This document shows positions 9,439 to 16,880 of a stretch of DNA of 38,730 bases, one piece after another. A program made the position numbers and the translations under genes. The DNA is from an uncultured Desulfobacca sp. Lineage in GTDB: Bacteria > Desulfobacterota > Desulfobaccia > Desulfobaccales > 0-14-0-80-60-11. The stretch spans positions 1 through 38,730 of the forward strand of contig CAZOCQ010000004.1 of the NCBI GenBank assembly GCA_964578335.1, in the 5' to 3' direction. Position 1 is the first letter of the stretch. Every line of letters begins with the position of its first letter. The notes below the pieces were generated by a model. The model had not been told where the DNA came from, made no database searches, and saw only the letters and a list, made by a program, of their open reading frames with translations.

Positions 9439-9639
9439 ATGCCGGAAACCAAGGTGACGGCCGCGGGCGCTTACCTGGTGCAATGCCGCCTATGCGGCGC
9501 CTGGGTGGAGGTCCAGCCGGAGAACTCCACGGACCCGGCGCAACCTTTCTTTGAGGTGCTCCTGGCTGATTTCTGCTGTTGCGGTCTTCGGCAATCCGCC
9601 ACCTTCATCCGGGAAAAAGACGCCCTTGATTTTCATTGA
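9439..9639 (+). CDS. Hypothetical small Cys-containing protein (66 aa)
   Basis: ATG 9439 has GGAGAG upstream (inside ORF 9397..9639). CRLCG and FCCCG cysteines are present. Confidence 0.45.
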   Translation: MPETKVTAAGAYLVQCRLCGAWVEVQPENSTDPAQPFFEVLLADFCCCGLRQSATFIREKDALDFH

Positions 9640-9704
9640 GCCGCAAGGCCGGCCGCGGCGCCGCGCCGGGAGGTCCGGCGCCGCAGCGAAGCCTGGGAGG
9701 GGTG

Positions 9705-9841
9705 ATACCAAGTTGCGGTCAAAGAGATAATGGACCTGGAGCCGCCGGCCTTGCCGTGAAAATGTAGGACAGCCGCCCCCGGCTGTTCGGACAGGCGAGG
9801 GCGCCTGTCCTACATTTACTCATCTGACGGCAACTTGGTAT
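9705..9841. repeat. Nested inverted-repeat element (REP/MITE-like or a complex bidirectional stem-loop)
   Basis: Outer 12-bp inverted repeat: ATACCAAGTTGC (9705-9716) / GCAACTTGGTAT (9830-9841), 16 bp with one mismatch. Inner perfect 13-bp inverted repeat: AAATGTAGGACAG (9760-9772) / CTGTCCTACATTT (9805-9817). The inner repeat encloses two GC hairpins that share GGACAG. Confidence 0.7.
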
Positions 9842-9852
9842 GAGGTCCGGGT

Positions 9853-10956
9853 TTAGGCCACCATCTTTTCCCGTTCCACCCCGGCGCTTTGCTTCTTTAG
9901 ATCGGAGTATTTCAGCACCGTCGCCAAGACCTCTTTTTTCAGGCGCGGCCTGCTCCTGCGGTCGTACTCCTCGATATATTTTCCCAGGGCCCGGCTCATC
10001 AGGTTTTCCCCCGCCGGTGACCGGCTGATCACCGTGGTCCAGCCGTCTTCGGCCCCGATGCCGCCGAAAGACAGATCGGCAAATTCGGCGGCGTAGTCCG
10101 TGCAGTAATGACAGGCATGCCGTTTCATGAAGTCCAGTTGCTCCAGGGGAATGAAACGGACTATGCCGTTTTGCATATGGATCCTCAGTTCTTCTTTGAG
10201 GTTGACTTTCTGGACCTCCTCCCATTGAAAGCGGCCCAAGGCCTCCAGTTGCCGGCGCTCCGGCTCGCCGAACATAAAATTGCCGGCGCAGAAGAGGCCG
10301 AAGTAATATTTAATGGCGTCGGTGGGCACCAGTCCCAGCAACTCCATGCGCCGCAGGGTGTTGATCTGGCAGGGAGTGCCCACCATGGCCACCCGGTTCA
10401 ATTTCTTCTTGGTCACCTGTTCCAGTTGGGCCAGGGAAGGGGAGTAGGTGGAATAGGCTTCGGAAAACCGTTCCATGCCGTGGGAACTGTCGAAATGGAA
10501 GCCCGCCGCCTCCAGGAGCTCTTCCCGGGTGAGGGCCAACCAGGGTTCCCTCTGGAAGAGCCCCACCTTTTTCGCCACAATGGCCCCATCAATGTGCCCT
10601 TGGTCCAACAAGCCCAGCAACAAAGCGGTCACCACCCCGCCGTCCGTCGCCTGGCTCCGCACTTCCCGCTCCAAGGCCCGAGCCACCTTGATTCCCATGA
10701 TCCGGCCGATGGGGGGATTCCAGGAGACGTGTCTCTTGGTCTCTTCCTCGTGGTCGTGGTCGGTGATTTCCGGACAAATAGCGTAGCAGATGCCGCACTC
10801 GATGCACTTGTCCCGGTCTCGGTAACGGGGCCGGCCGTCCTCATCCAAAGCCAGGGCCCCGTAATTAATGGCGGTGCAGAAGGTGACGCAGCCGCCGCAG
10901 TGGTGACAAAGGCCCGGCTTCTGGACTTCTTCCATCAGATCGGCGAAGGTTTTCAT
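9853..10956 (-). CDS. FrhB/FdhB/FpoF-family flavo-iron-sulfur protein (F420-hydrogenase beta-like), 367 aa
   Basis: N-terminal 2x[4Fe-4S] motifs CHHCGGCVTFC and CIECGICYAICP. ATDGGVVTALL and VGTPCQINTLRR are typical of the FrhB family. GGAGGAGG SD is present. Confidence 0.85.
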   Translation of the reverse strand: MKTFADLMEEVQKPGLCHHCGGCVTFCTAINYGALALDEDGRPRYRDRDKCIECGICYAICPEITDHDHEEETKRHVSWNPPIGRIMGIKVARALEREVRSQATDGGVVTALLLGLLDQGHIDGAIVAKKVGLFQREPWLALTREELLEAAGFHFDSSHGMERFSEAYSTYSPSLAQLEQVTKKKLNRVAMVGTPCQINTLRRMELLGLVPTDAIKYYFGLFCAGNFMFGEPERRQLEALGRFQWEEVQKVNLKEELRIHMQNGIVRFIPLEQLDFMKRHACHYCTDYAAEFADLSFGGIGAEDGWTTVISRSPAGENLMSRALGKYIEEYDRRSRPRLKKEVLATVLKYSDLKKQSAGVEREKMVA

Positions 10957-10968
10957 AACCCCTCCTCC

Positions 10969-11027
10969 GGGCCGGCGGCCGCCGGCCCTTGCCTTGCCTG
11001 GGCGATGAGCGGCCGCCGCTGCTCATC
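10969..11027 (-). repeat. Two GC-rich intercistronic hairpins (one a perfect 20-bp palindrome)
   Basis: GGGCCGGCGGCCGCCGGCCC (10969-10988) is self-complementary. GATGAGC (11004-11010) pairs with GCTCATC (11021-11027). Both lie between the hdrA-like stop and the frhB-like SD. Confidence 0.8.
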
Positions 11028-11054
11028 ACCCAGACCCATAGCCACAAACCTCTC

Positions 11055-13481
11055 TTACGCCTTGCCCATGGCGTAAATGGGATAGCCTTTTTCCCAACCC
11101 TTGGTTACGATCCGGCCATCTTTGCTCATATCAGTCAGGATCGGGGTAATGGTTTTCACCGGTTCGCCCATCACCCGGGCCAGGGCGGGCGGGCTCAGGG
11201 GTTGGTCATGCAGGGCCTTGAAGATCCGGGAGACCGTGTACTCCTCCTTGAGGACGTCCAACATGGTCTCATCCGCCTCCACCGCATTGAACTGGGAGCC
11301 GGGGAACTCTTTTTCGGCCGGCCGCCTGAGACTGGTGCCCAACACCCAGCGCACCCGGGGCCGGTGCATGGTGGCATGAAGCGCCCAGAGCTTGGCCTTA
11401 GTCTGCTCATCCCGGGGCAGCGGCGGCAGTTTGGCCAGGGTTTCCATTTGGGAATCCACCATGCGCACGAAGGCTTCCGGCTCATTGACCTCCACGTAGC
11501 CGATGGCGATGCGCCGCCGTTCCAGGCCGGCCAGGGAGAGCAGCTTCTTCATGGCATTGACCCGGTACCAGCAATGGTCCACCCCGTAATGGTAATGACA
11601 GGAATGTTTGGGGGTGCAGCCGGCCAGCATAATGCCCTTGACCCCGTTCAGAAAGGCCATGGACAGGATGGCGGGGTCCAGGGAGCCCAGGCAGTTCACC
11701 GGGACCAGGTAAATGCCCCGGGGATAGTTGAGCCCCTTGACCGCCGCCTGTTCCGCCGAGGCCGAGCCCCCCCAGCCGCAGATAAAGGAAAGAATTTCGT
11801 GTTCCTCCATCTTCGATATGATGGCCTTGACCCGGGCCTCCAGCTGCTGGGCGGTGTTATTGACCACCTTGATGGCTTCGTGGGGGCAGGTGGCGGCACA
11901 GGTGCCGCCGCCGCTGCACAGGTGATTGTCCGTCTCCCGGGGCACCGGACCGCTGCCCGGTTTGACGTGCTCGATGCCGCCGCAGGGGCAGATTTCGGTG
12001 CACAGGCCGCAGCCCTCGCACAGGTCCTTATCCACGTGCACCACCACCGGGCTCACCAGCCTGCCCTGGAGGGCCTTTTCCCGCAGGTGCAGCACCCCCC
12101 GGGCCGCTTTCTTACCCTGCTGCAAGACTTCGTTGACGTCGCAAATGCCCCCCGCCGACCCGGTGAAAAAGAGGGACTCATCCGGGACCTGGTCGGGCCA
12201 GAATTTGATATTGCTCTTTTGCAGCCGGCCGCCCCCGTTTTCGGGGTAGATGGGCAGCCAGCGGATCAGCTCCTGGGCCTTGGCGGCCGGTTCGCCCGGC
12301 GCCCCCGGCACCACCAGGGTGTCCCATTCCACTTCATGTTCCAGGTTGTCCGCCGGACTCACAAAGCTCATGTAGCCGGACTGGACCACCGGGTGCACCT
12401 CCGGGGCGTAGGACATCAACCCGATGCCGTGGGACCGGGCTTCCATCAAGTCGGCGCCGCTCAGCGGGAGCGTCACGTTGGCCGGATAGAGCACCGTGGG
12501 CTGGGCCTGGGGGTGTTCCCGGGCCAGCAGCAGGCTGTCCCGCCAGGCGGCCATGGTGGCGAGCTCCTGGGCCGCCTGGCCGTGCTGGGGGCTGTTCACC
12601 CAAAAAACCACCTTGCCCCGGCTGACGTCGCCGGCCCCCAGTTTCTCCTCAAAGTCCAGCAGGTCGCAGACCCGCTCGCCGCCGCCGATGTATTCGATGT
12701 TCCCCGGACCGAACTCCCGGTCCAGGGCCGTGATGATGGCCGCGCCGGCCACTTCGCTGACGCCGCCGTCCGGCTGCTTGAGCCCCACCCGGTAGTCGCC
12801 CACGCCGCCGATGATGTACTCCACGGGCTGATCCGGCAGCACCCGCACCAGGGGGCTGGCGAACACCTCCCGGAGGAGTTCGCCCAGTTCGTTGCAGAAG
12901 ATGCGGCAGCCGGGAAAGGTCCAGTGCAGCTCGTCCAAAACCCGATCAGCATTGGGCGCCTTGGAAAACAAGACGCTTTCCATGCCCTGGCGGGCCAGCT
13001 CCCGGGCCGCCACGAAGCCGGAAACGCCGCCTCCCAAAATGAGCGCCGGTCCTTCAAAAGTCAGGGGTACCGGTTCATACGGCTCCAGGAGCTGGAGACT
13101 GGCCAGGCCCCCGGCGATCAAGGCCGCGGCCTTGCGGGCCAACTCCTCGGGGCTGGCTTCGTGCACCCCGGCCACGTGGTCTTTCAGGTTGATCATTTCC
13201 ACCTGGTGCTTTTCGATCCCTACCGCCGCCAGGGCCTGGGTGAACTTCTTCTTCATCACCCGCCCGGAACAGCCCCCGATTAAGACCCGGTTGAGCCCCT
13301 TGTCCCGGACTTTGGTTTTGATGGCTTCCAAACCGGGGGAGAGGCAGGGGTAGGGATAGCTCTCGAGTTCCGCCCAGGGCTGGAAATTAAGGATTTCCCC
13401 TACCTTGGGCAGGCTGATGCGGTTGCTGATCTGGCCCCCGCATTCGCACAGGAAGATGCCGGTTTTGCCTTCGTTTTTCAC
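11055..13481 (-). CDS. HdrA-like FAD/FeS oxidoreductase fused to an MvhD domain, with a C-terminal extension (808 aa)
   Basis: FAD fold LILGGGVSGFVAARELA. Ferredoxin motifs CEGCGLCTEICPCGG and CSGGGTCAATCPHE. MvhD-like segment FICGWGGSASAE...LAGCTPKHSCHYHYG. GTG start with GAGGAGG SD. Confidence 0.9.
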   Translation of the reverse strand: MKNEGKTGIFLCECGGQISNRISLPKVGEILNFQPWAELESYPYPCLSPGLEAIKTKVRDKGLNRVLIGGCSGRVMKKKFTQALAAVGIEKHQVEMINLKDHVAGVHEASPEELARKAAALIAGGLASLQLLEPYEPVPLTFEGPALILGGGVSGFVAARELARQGMESVLFSKAPNADRVLDELHWTFPGCRIFCNELGELLREVFASPLVRVLPDQPVEYIIGGVGDYRVGLKQPDGGVSEVAGAAIITALDREFGPGNIEYIGGGERVCDLLDFEEKLGAGDVSRGKVVFWVNSPQHGQAAQELATMAAWRDSLLLAREHPQAQPTVLYPANVTLPLSGADLMEARSHGIGLMSYAPEVHPVVQSGYMSFVSPADNLEHEVEWDTLVVPGAPGEPAAKAQELIRWLPIYPENGGGRLQKSNIKFWPDQVPDESLFFTGSAGGICDVNEVLQQGKKAARGVLHLREKALQGRLVSPVVVHVDKDLCEGCGLCTEICPCGGIEHVKPGSGPVPRETDNHLCSGGGTCAATCPHEAIKVVNNTAQQLEARVKAIISKMEEHEILSFICGWGGSASAEQAAVKGLNYPRGIYLVPVNCLGSLDPAILSMAFLNGVKGIMLAGCTPKHSCHYHYGVDHCWYRVNAMKKLLSLAGLERRRIAIGYVEVNEPEAFVRMVDSQMETLAKLPPLPRDEQTKAKLWALHATMHRPRVRWVLGTSLRRPAEKEFPGSQFNAVEADETMLDVLKEEYTVSRIFKALHDQPLSPPALARVMGEPVKTITPILTDMSKDGRIVTKGWEKGYPIYAMGKA

Positions 13482-13502
13482 GGTCGTTTCCTCCTCAGGC
13501 CT

Positions 13503-14078
13503 TTAGGGGGCGCTGACCTGCGGGAACAACTGTTCCATGGCCCCGGTGGGGCACATGTACAGACAGGTTCCGCACCTGATGCATTCGGCGCTCCGTTGGT
13601 GGTAAGGCGTGGAGATTTCCTTGCGCAGCCCCCGGTTGCCGAAGGTGAGGGCCTGCACCCCCGCCACCTCCTGGCAGGTCCTGACGCACAGGCCGCAGAG
13701 GTGACAGGCGAAATCCACCCCCTCTTTCCTGAAACGCGACGGGGTCACCCCAAAGGTCTGGGCCAGCTCCTGGATTCTGGGGGCGGCCGGACTCTCATCC
13801 AGCAGCAACTGGACGATCCAGCGGCGCACGTTGGCCACCCGGGGCGAGTCCGTCTGCACTTTGATTCCCGCCCGGATGGGATACATGCAGGAGATCACCA
13901 CCCGGGAACGCCGGCCGTCGTCCACCTCCACCACGCACAGGCGGCAGGCCCCGTAAGGCTCCAGCGCCCCGTGATGGCAGAGGGTGGGGATGTCAATGCC
14001 CTGCCACCTGGCCACTTCCAGAATGGTCCAGCCCTCTTCGCCCTGAACTTCTTTGCCGTTGATGTTAAAGGTGATCAT
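13503..14078 (-). CDS. 2Fe-2S plus 4Fe-4S iron-sulfur protein (like the NuoG/HydA N-terminal module), 191 aa
   Basis: CHHGALEPYGACRLCVVEV is a NuoG-type 2Fe-2S motif. CHLCGLCVRTC and CIRCGTCLYMCP are 4Fe-4S motifs. Confidence 0.85.
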   Translation of the reverse strand: MITFNINGKEVQGEEGWTILEVARWQGIDIPTLCHHGALEPYGACRLCVVEVDDGRRSRVVISCMYPIRAGIKVQTDSPRVANVRRWIVQLLLDESPAAPRIQELAQTFGVTPSRFRKEGVDFACHLCGLCVRTCQEVAGVQALTFGNRGLRKEISTPYHQRSAECIRCGTCLYMCPTGAMEQLFPQVSAP

Positions 14079-14089
14079 GACCCCTCCTC

Positions 14090-16000
14090 TCAGGCGACCG
14101 CCACCGCCCCGAACTTGCAGGCCTCATAACAGGCGCCGCATTTGATGCACAGGGAGGCGTTGAGTTCGTGAGGCTCCTTCTTGGTTCCGGTAATGGCCCC
14201 CTGGGGACATTCCTGGACGCAAGCCGTGCAGCCGTTGCACAACTCCGGGTTGATGGTGTAGGTGATCAATTCCTTGCAGACCGCAGCCGGACACTTTTTT
14301 TGCAGAATGTGAGCCTCGTATTCCTTACGGAAATAACGCAGGGTGGTGAGCACCGGGTTGGGGGCCGAGCCCCCCAGGGCGCAGAGCGAGCCGTCTTTCA
14401 CCGCCTCGGAGAGAGACTCCAGCTCATTGATATCCGCCAGGGAGCCTTGCCCCTTGGAAAACTCTTCCAAAAGCTCCCGCATGCGCTTCAGGCCCAGCCG
14501 GCAGGGGATGCACTTGCCGCAGGATTCATCAATCAAAAAATCCAGGAAGAACTTGGCCACGTCCACCATGCAGGTGGAATTGTCCATGACGATCAGGCCG
14601 CCGGAGCCCATCATGGCGCCCGCGTCCCATAAAGAGTCGAAGTCAATGGGCAGGTCCCAGTGCTTTTTGGGGATGCAACCGCCCGAAGGGCCGCCGATCT
14701 GGATGGCCTTGAATTCCCGGTTCTCCGGGACTCCACCCCCGACCCGCATCACCAGGTCCTTGATGGTCACTCCCATGGGCACTTCCACCAGCCCCACGTT
14801 CTTCACCTGGCCCACCAGGGAGAAAATCTTGGTGCCCTTGCTGCCTTCGGTGCCGATCCGCCGGTACCAGTCGGCGCCCCTGGCGATGATTGCCGGCACG
14901 TTGGCCCAGGTTTCCACGTTGTTCAGGTTGGAGGGGCGGTTCCACAGGCCCTTGTCCGCGGTGTGGACGTATTTGGCCCGGGGTTCGCCGGGCTTGCCTT
15001 CGATGGAAGCCATCAGGGCGGTGGACTCGCCGCAGACGAAGGCCCCGCCTCCCAGGTTGAGTTTGAGGTCGAAGGAAAAGCCGGCGCCCAGGATGTTCTC
15101 TCCCAACAGCCCGGCCTCCCGGGCCGCCAGGATGGCCCGCTGCAGGGTCTTGACCGCCAGGGGATATTCGGCCCGCACGTAGATGTAACCCTCGCTGGAA
15201 CCGATGGCGTAGGCGCCGATGAGCATCCCTTCCAGGATGGAATGGGGATCGCCTTCGATGAGGCTCCGGTCCATGTAAGCCCCCGGGTCGCCCTCATCGG
15301 CGTTGCACAGCACGTATTTGGGCCAGCCCTTGGCTTTGCGGCAGGAGGCCCATTTGACCCCGGTGGGGAAGCCGCCGCCGCCCCGGCCCCGCAGCCCGGC
15401 GCTGGTCACCGCCTCGATGACCTCTTCCGGGGTCATTTCCGTCAGGGCCTTGTACAGGGCGAAATAGCCGCCCCGGGCGATGTAATGCAGCAGGTTGTCC
15501 GGATCGATGAAGCCGCAGTTGCGCATGGCGAGGTGCTGCTGCATCTTGAAGAAGTCCAAATCTTCATAACGGGGCGCTTTGGCCAGGAAGCCTTTCAGCC
15601 TGCCCTGATAAAATTTCCGCGGCCCACCGTCCAGGCCCATGTCATCCACGTCCAGCCGGGCCAGGAGATGTTGTTCCGGGAGGCGGCCCGCGGCCAGGTC
15701 CTCCCAGAGCGCGCCGGCAATTTCCGGGGTCACCTCTTCATAGGTGACTCGCGGTTTCCCGGGAAAGATTGCATCCACCAGCGGCTCTTTGTAGCAGAAG
15801 CCGATGCAGCCGGTCTTTTCCACTACTCCGTCCCAATGAGCCTCCCGGGCCTTCTTCTGGAGCAGGTCATAAACCCGCTGGGCCCCGGCCGCCAGCCCGC
15901 AAGTGGCCATGCCCACCAGAATCTTGGGCCGCTCCGGGTAAAGCTGCGCCAGGCCCGCGCCTTTTGCCTTCTGCAAGTCCACGATGCCCTTGATCTGCAT
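14090..16000 (-). CDS. NuoF-like NAD(H)-binding FMN/FeS flavoprotein (HydB/HndC-type), 636 aa
   Basis: RGRGGGGFPTGVKW (FMN/NADH site), ESCGKCIPCR (N3 cluster), and C-terminal CNGCTACVQECP plus CIKCGACYEAC motifs are present. Confidence 0.9.
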   Translation of the reverse strand: MQIKGIVDLQKAKGAGLAQLYPERPKILVGMATCGLAAGAQRVYDLLQKKAREAHWDGVVEKTGCIGFCYKEPLVDAIFPGKPRVTYEEVTPEIAGALWEDLAAGRLPEQHLLARLDVDDMGLDGGPRKFYQGRLKGFLAKAPRYEDLDFFKMQQHLAMRNCGFIDPDNLLHYIARGGYFALYKALTEMTPEEVIEAVTSAGLRGRGGGGFPTGVKWASCRKAKGWPKYVLCNADEGDPGAYMDRSLIEGDPHSILEGMLIGAYAIGSSEGYIYVRAEYPLAVKTLQRAILAAREAGLLGENILGAGFSFDLKLNLGGGAFVCGESTALMASIEGKPGEPRAKYVHTADKGLWNRPSNLNNVETWANVPAIIARGADWYRRIGTEGSKGTKIFSLVGQVKNVGLVEVPMGVTIKDLVMRVGGGVPENREFKAIQIGGPSGGCIPKKHWDLPIDFDSLWDAGAMMGSGGLIVMDNSTCMVDVAKFFLDFLIDESCGKCIPCRLGLKRMRELLEEFSKGQGSLADINELESLSEAVKDGSLCALGGSAPNPVLTTLRYFRKEYEAHILQKKCPAAVCKELITYTINPELCNGCTACVQECPQGAITGTKKEPHELNASLCIKCGACYEACKFGAVAVA

Positions 16001-16005
16001 GGCCG

Positions 16006-16473
16006 CTACCTCTTGCGGTACAGGCGGAGCAGATGGCCCGCCTTCCGCTGGTTGAGGTTGCCGTGAATCTCCTCATCCACCTGGGCCACCGGCGCCATGG
16101 AGCAACACCCCAGGCAGCGGACCTGGCGCAGGGAGAACTTGAGATCCCGGGTGGTGCCTTCCTCGCCGGGGAGCCCCAGGTCCCGCCGGAACTTGTCATA
16201 GACGTTCCGGCCGCCCCGCACGTGGCAGGCCGTTCCCAGGCACACGGCGACGTCGTGTTCGCCTTTGGGCTCGAGGCTGAAGGCCTTGTAAAAAGTGGCC
16301 ACGGCCCAGCCCCGGGACAGGGGCACGCCCAAATGGTCGCAGACCGCAGTCATCGCCTCCGGGGGGATGTAATTGAACCGGGCCTGCACGTCCTGCAAGG
16401 CGCTGATGAGGTGTTCCGAACTGGCGGGATAGCGCCCCAGGATTTTTTCCAGGGCCTCAAAAGTCACGCTCAT
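16006..16473 (-). CDS. NuoE-like thioredoxin-fold 2Fe-2S protein (HydC/HndA-type), 155 aa
   Basis: CLGTACHVRGG...CLGCCSMAPV is the NuoE 2Fe-2S cysteine pattern. AAAGGAGGA SD is present. Confidence 0.9.
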   Translation of the reverse strand: MSVTFEALEKILGRYPASSEHLISALQDVQARFNYIPPEAMTAVCDHLGVPLSRGWAVATFYKAFSLEPKGEHDVAVCLGTACHVRGGRNVYDKFRRDLGLPGEEGTTRDLKFSLRQVRCLGCCSMAPVAQVDEEIHGNLNQRKAGHLLRLYRKR

Positions 16474-16518
16474 AGACCTTTCCTCCTTTGCCTGCCGTTT
16501 TCTCTTAACGGCTAAGAG

Positions 16519-16534
16519 TGCAAAGGAAGGGCCA
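16519..16534 (-). promoter_or_regulatory. Sigma-54 promoter (TGGCCC-N5-TTGCA) of the nuoE-like operon
   Basis: The minus strand reads TGGCCCTTCCTTTGCA. GG and GC have the exact consensus spacing, and the -12 TTGCA is perfect. It lies ~45 nt upstream of ATG 16473. Confidence 0.7.
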
Positions 16535-16650
16535 ATTTAGGTAACATATTGATACTTAAAGCATTTTTAGTAAAAGGACCCGGAGGCTGAGGGGGCGATT
16601 CCTGGCAAAAATAAAACGGGTTTGGCGGGATTATTGGGATAGATTAAATA

Positions 16651-16663
16651 TATCAATATGTTA
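16651..16663. promoter_or_regulatory. IHF-like site (WATCAANNNNTTR)
   Basis: TATCAATATGTTA lies in an AT-rich tract between the sigma-54 promoter and the upstream repeats. Confidence 0.35.
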
Positions 16664-16679
16664 AACAAAAAGAGGGCAT

Positions 16680-16876
16680 GTCGCGAAATTGCAAGGTCGT
16701 TTCATTTTCAGCCAAAGGCGATGATTACTCACTTTTCTCTTGCCTAGAATTTGTTCTAGAACTTATTTGGCAGGAGGGATACGTTGCAGAATTGCAACGA
16801 GGAAATTATTTGAGCTAATTTTTCTATAAATTTCTTATAGTTGGATAATTAGTAAAATTGTCGCAAAATTAGCACG
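16680..16876. promoter_or_regulatory. Three related 17-18-bp sites, candidate enhancer (UAS) for the adjacent activator
   Basis: GTCGCGAAATTGCAAGG (16680-16696); CGTTGCAGAATTGCAACG (16782-16799, a perfect 7-bp inverted repeat); GTCGCAAAATTAGCACG (16860-16876). The shared pattern is GTYGC-RRAATT-GCA. Confidence 0.4.
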
Positions 16877-16880
16877 CGTC

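Noticed and set aside
10989-13283. 764-aa plus-strand ORF opposite the hdrA-like gene.
   Set aside because: It is a shadow ORF. The minus frame carries FAD, 4Fe-4S and MvhD motifs, while the plus-frame translation is a G/A/P/H/R-rich repeat-like string.
9853-13481. Selenocysteine (in-frame TGA) recoding in the HdrA-like/FrhB-like genes, as occurs in some Hdr/Mvh proteins.
   Set aside because: Both ORFs are uninterrupted from an SD-preceded start to the stop. Neither shows a split ORF pair or an in-frame TGA.
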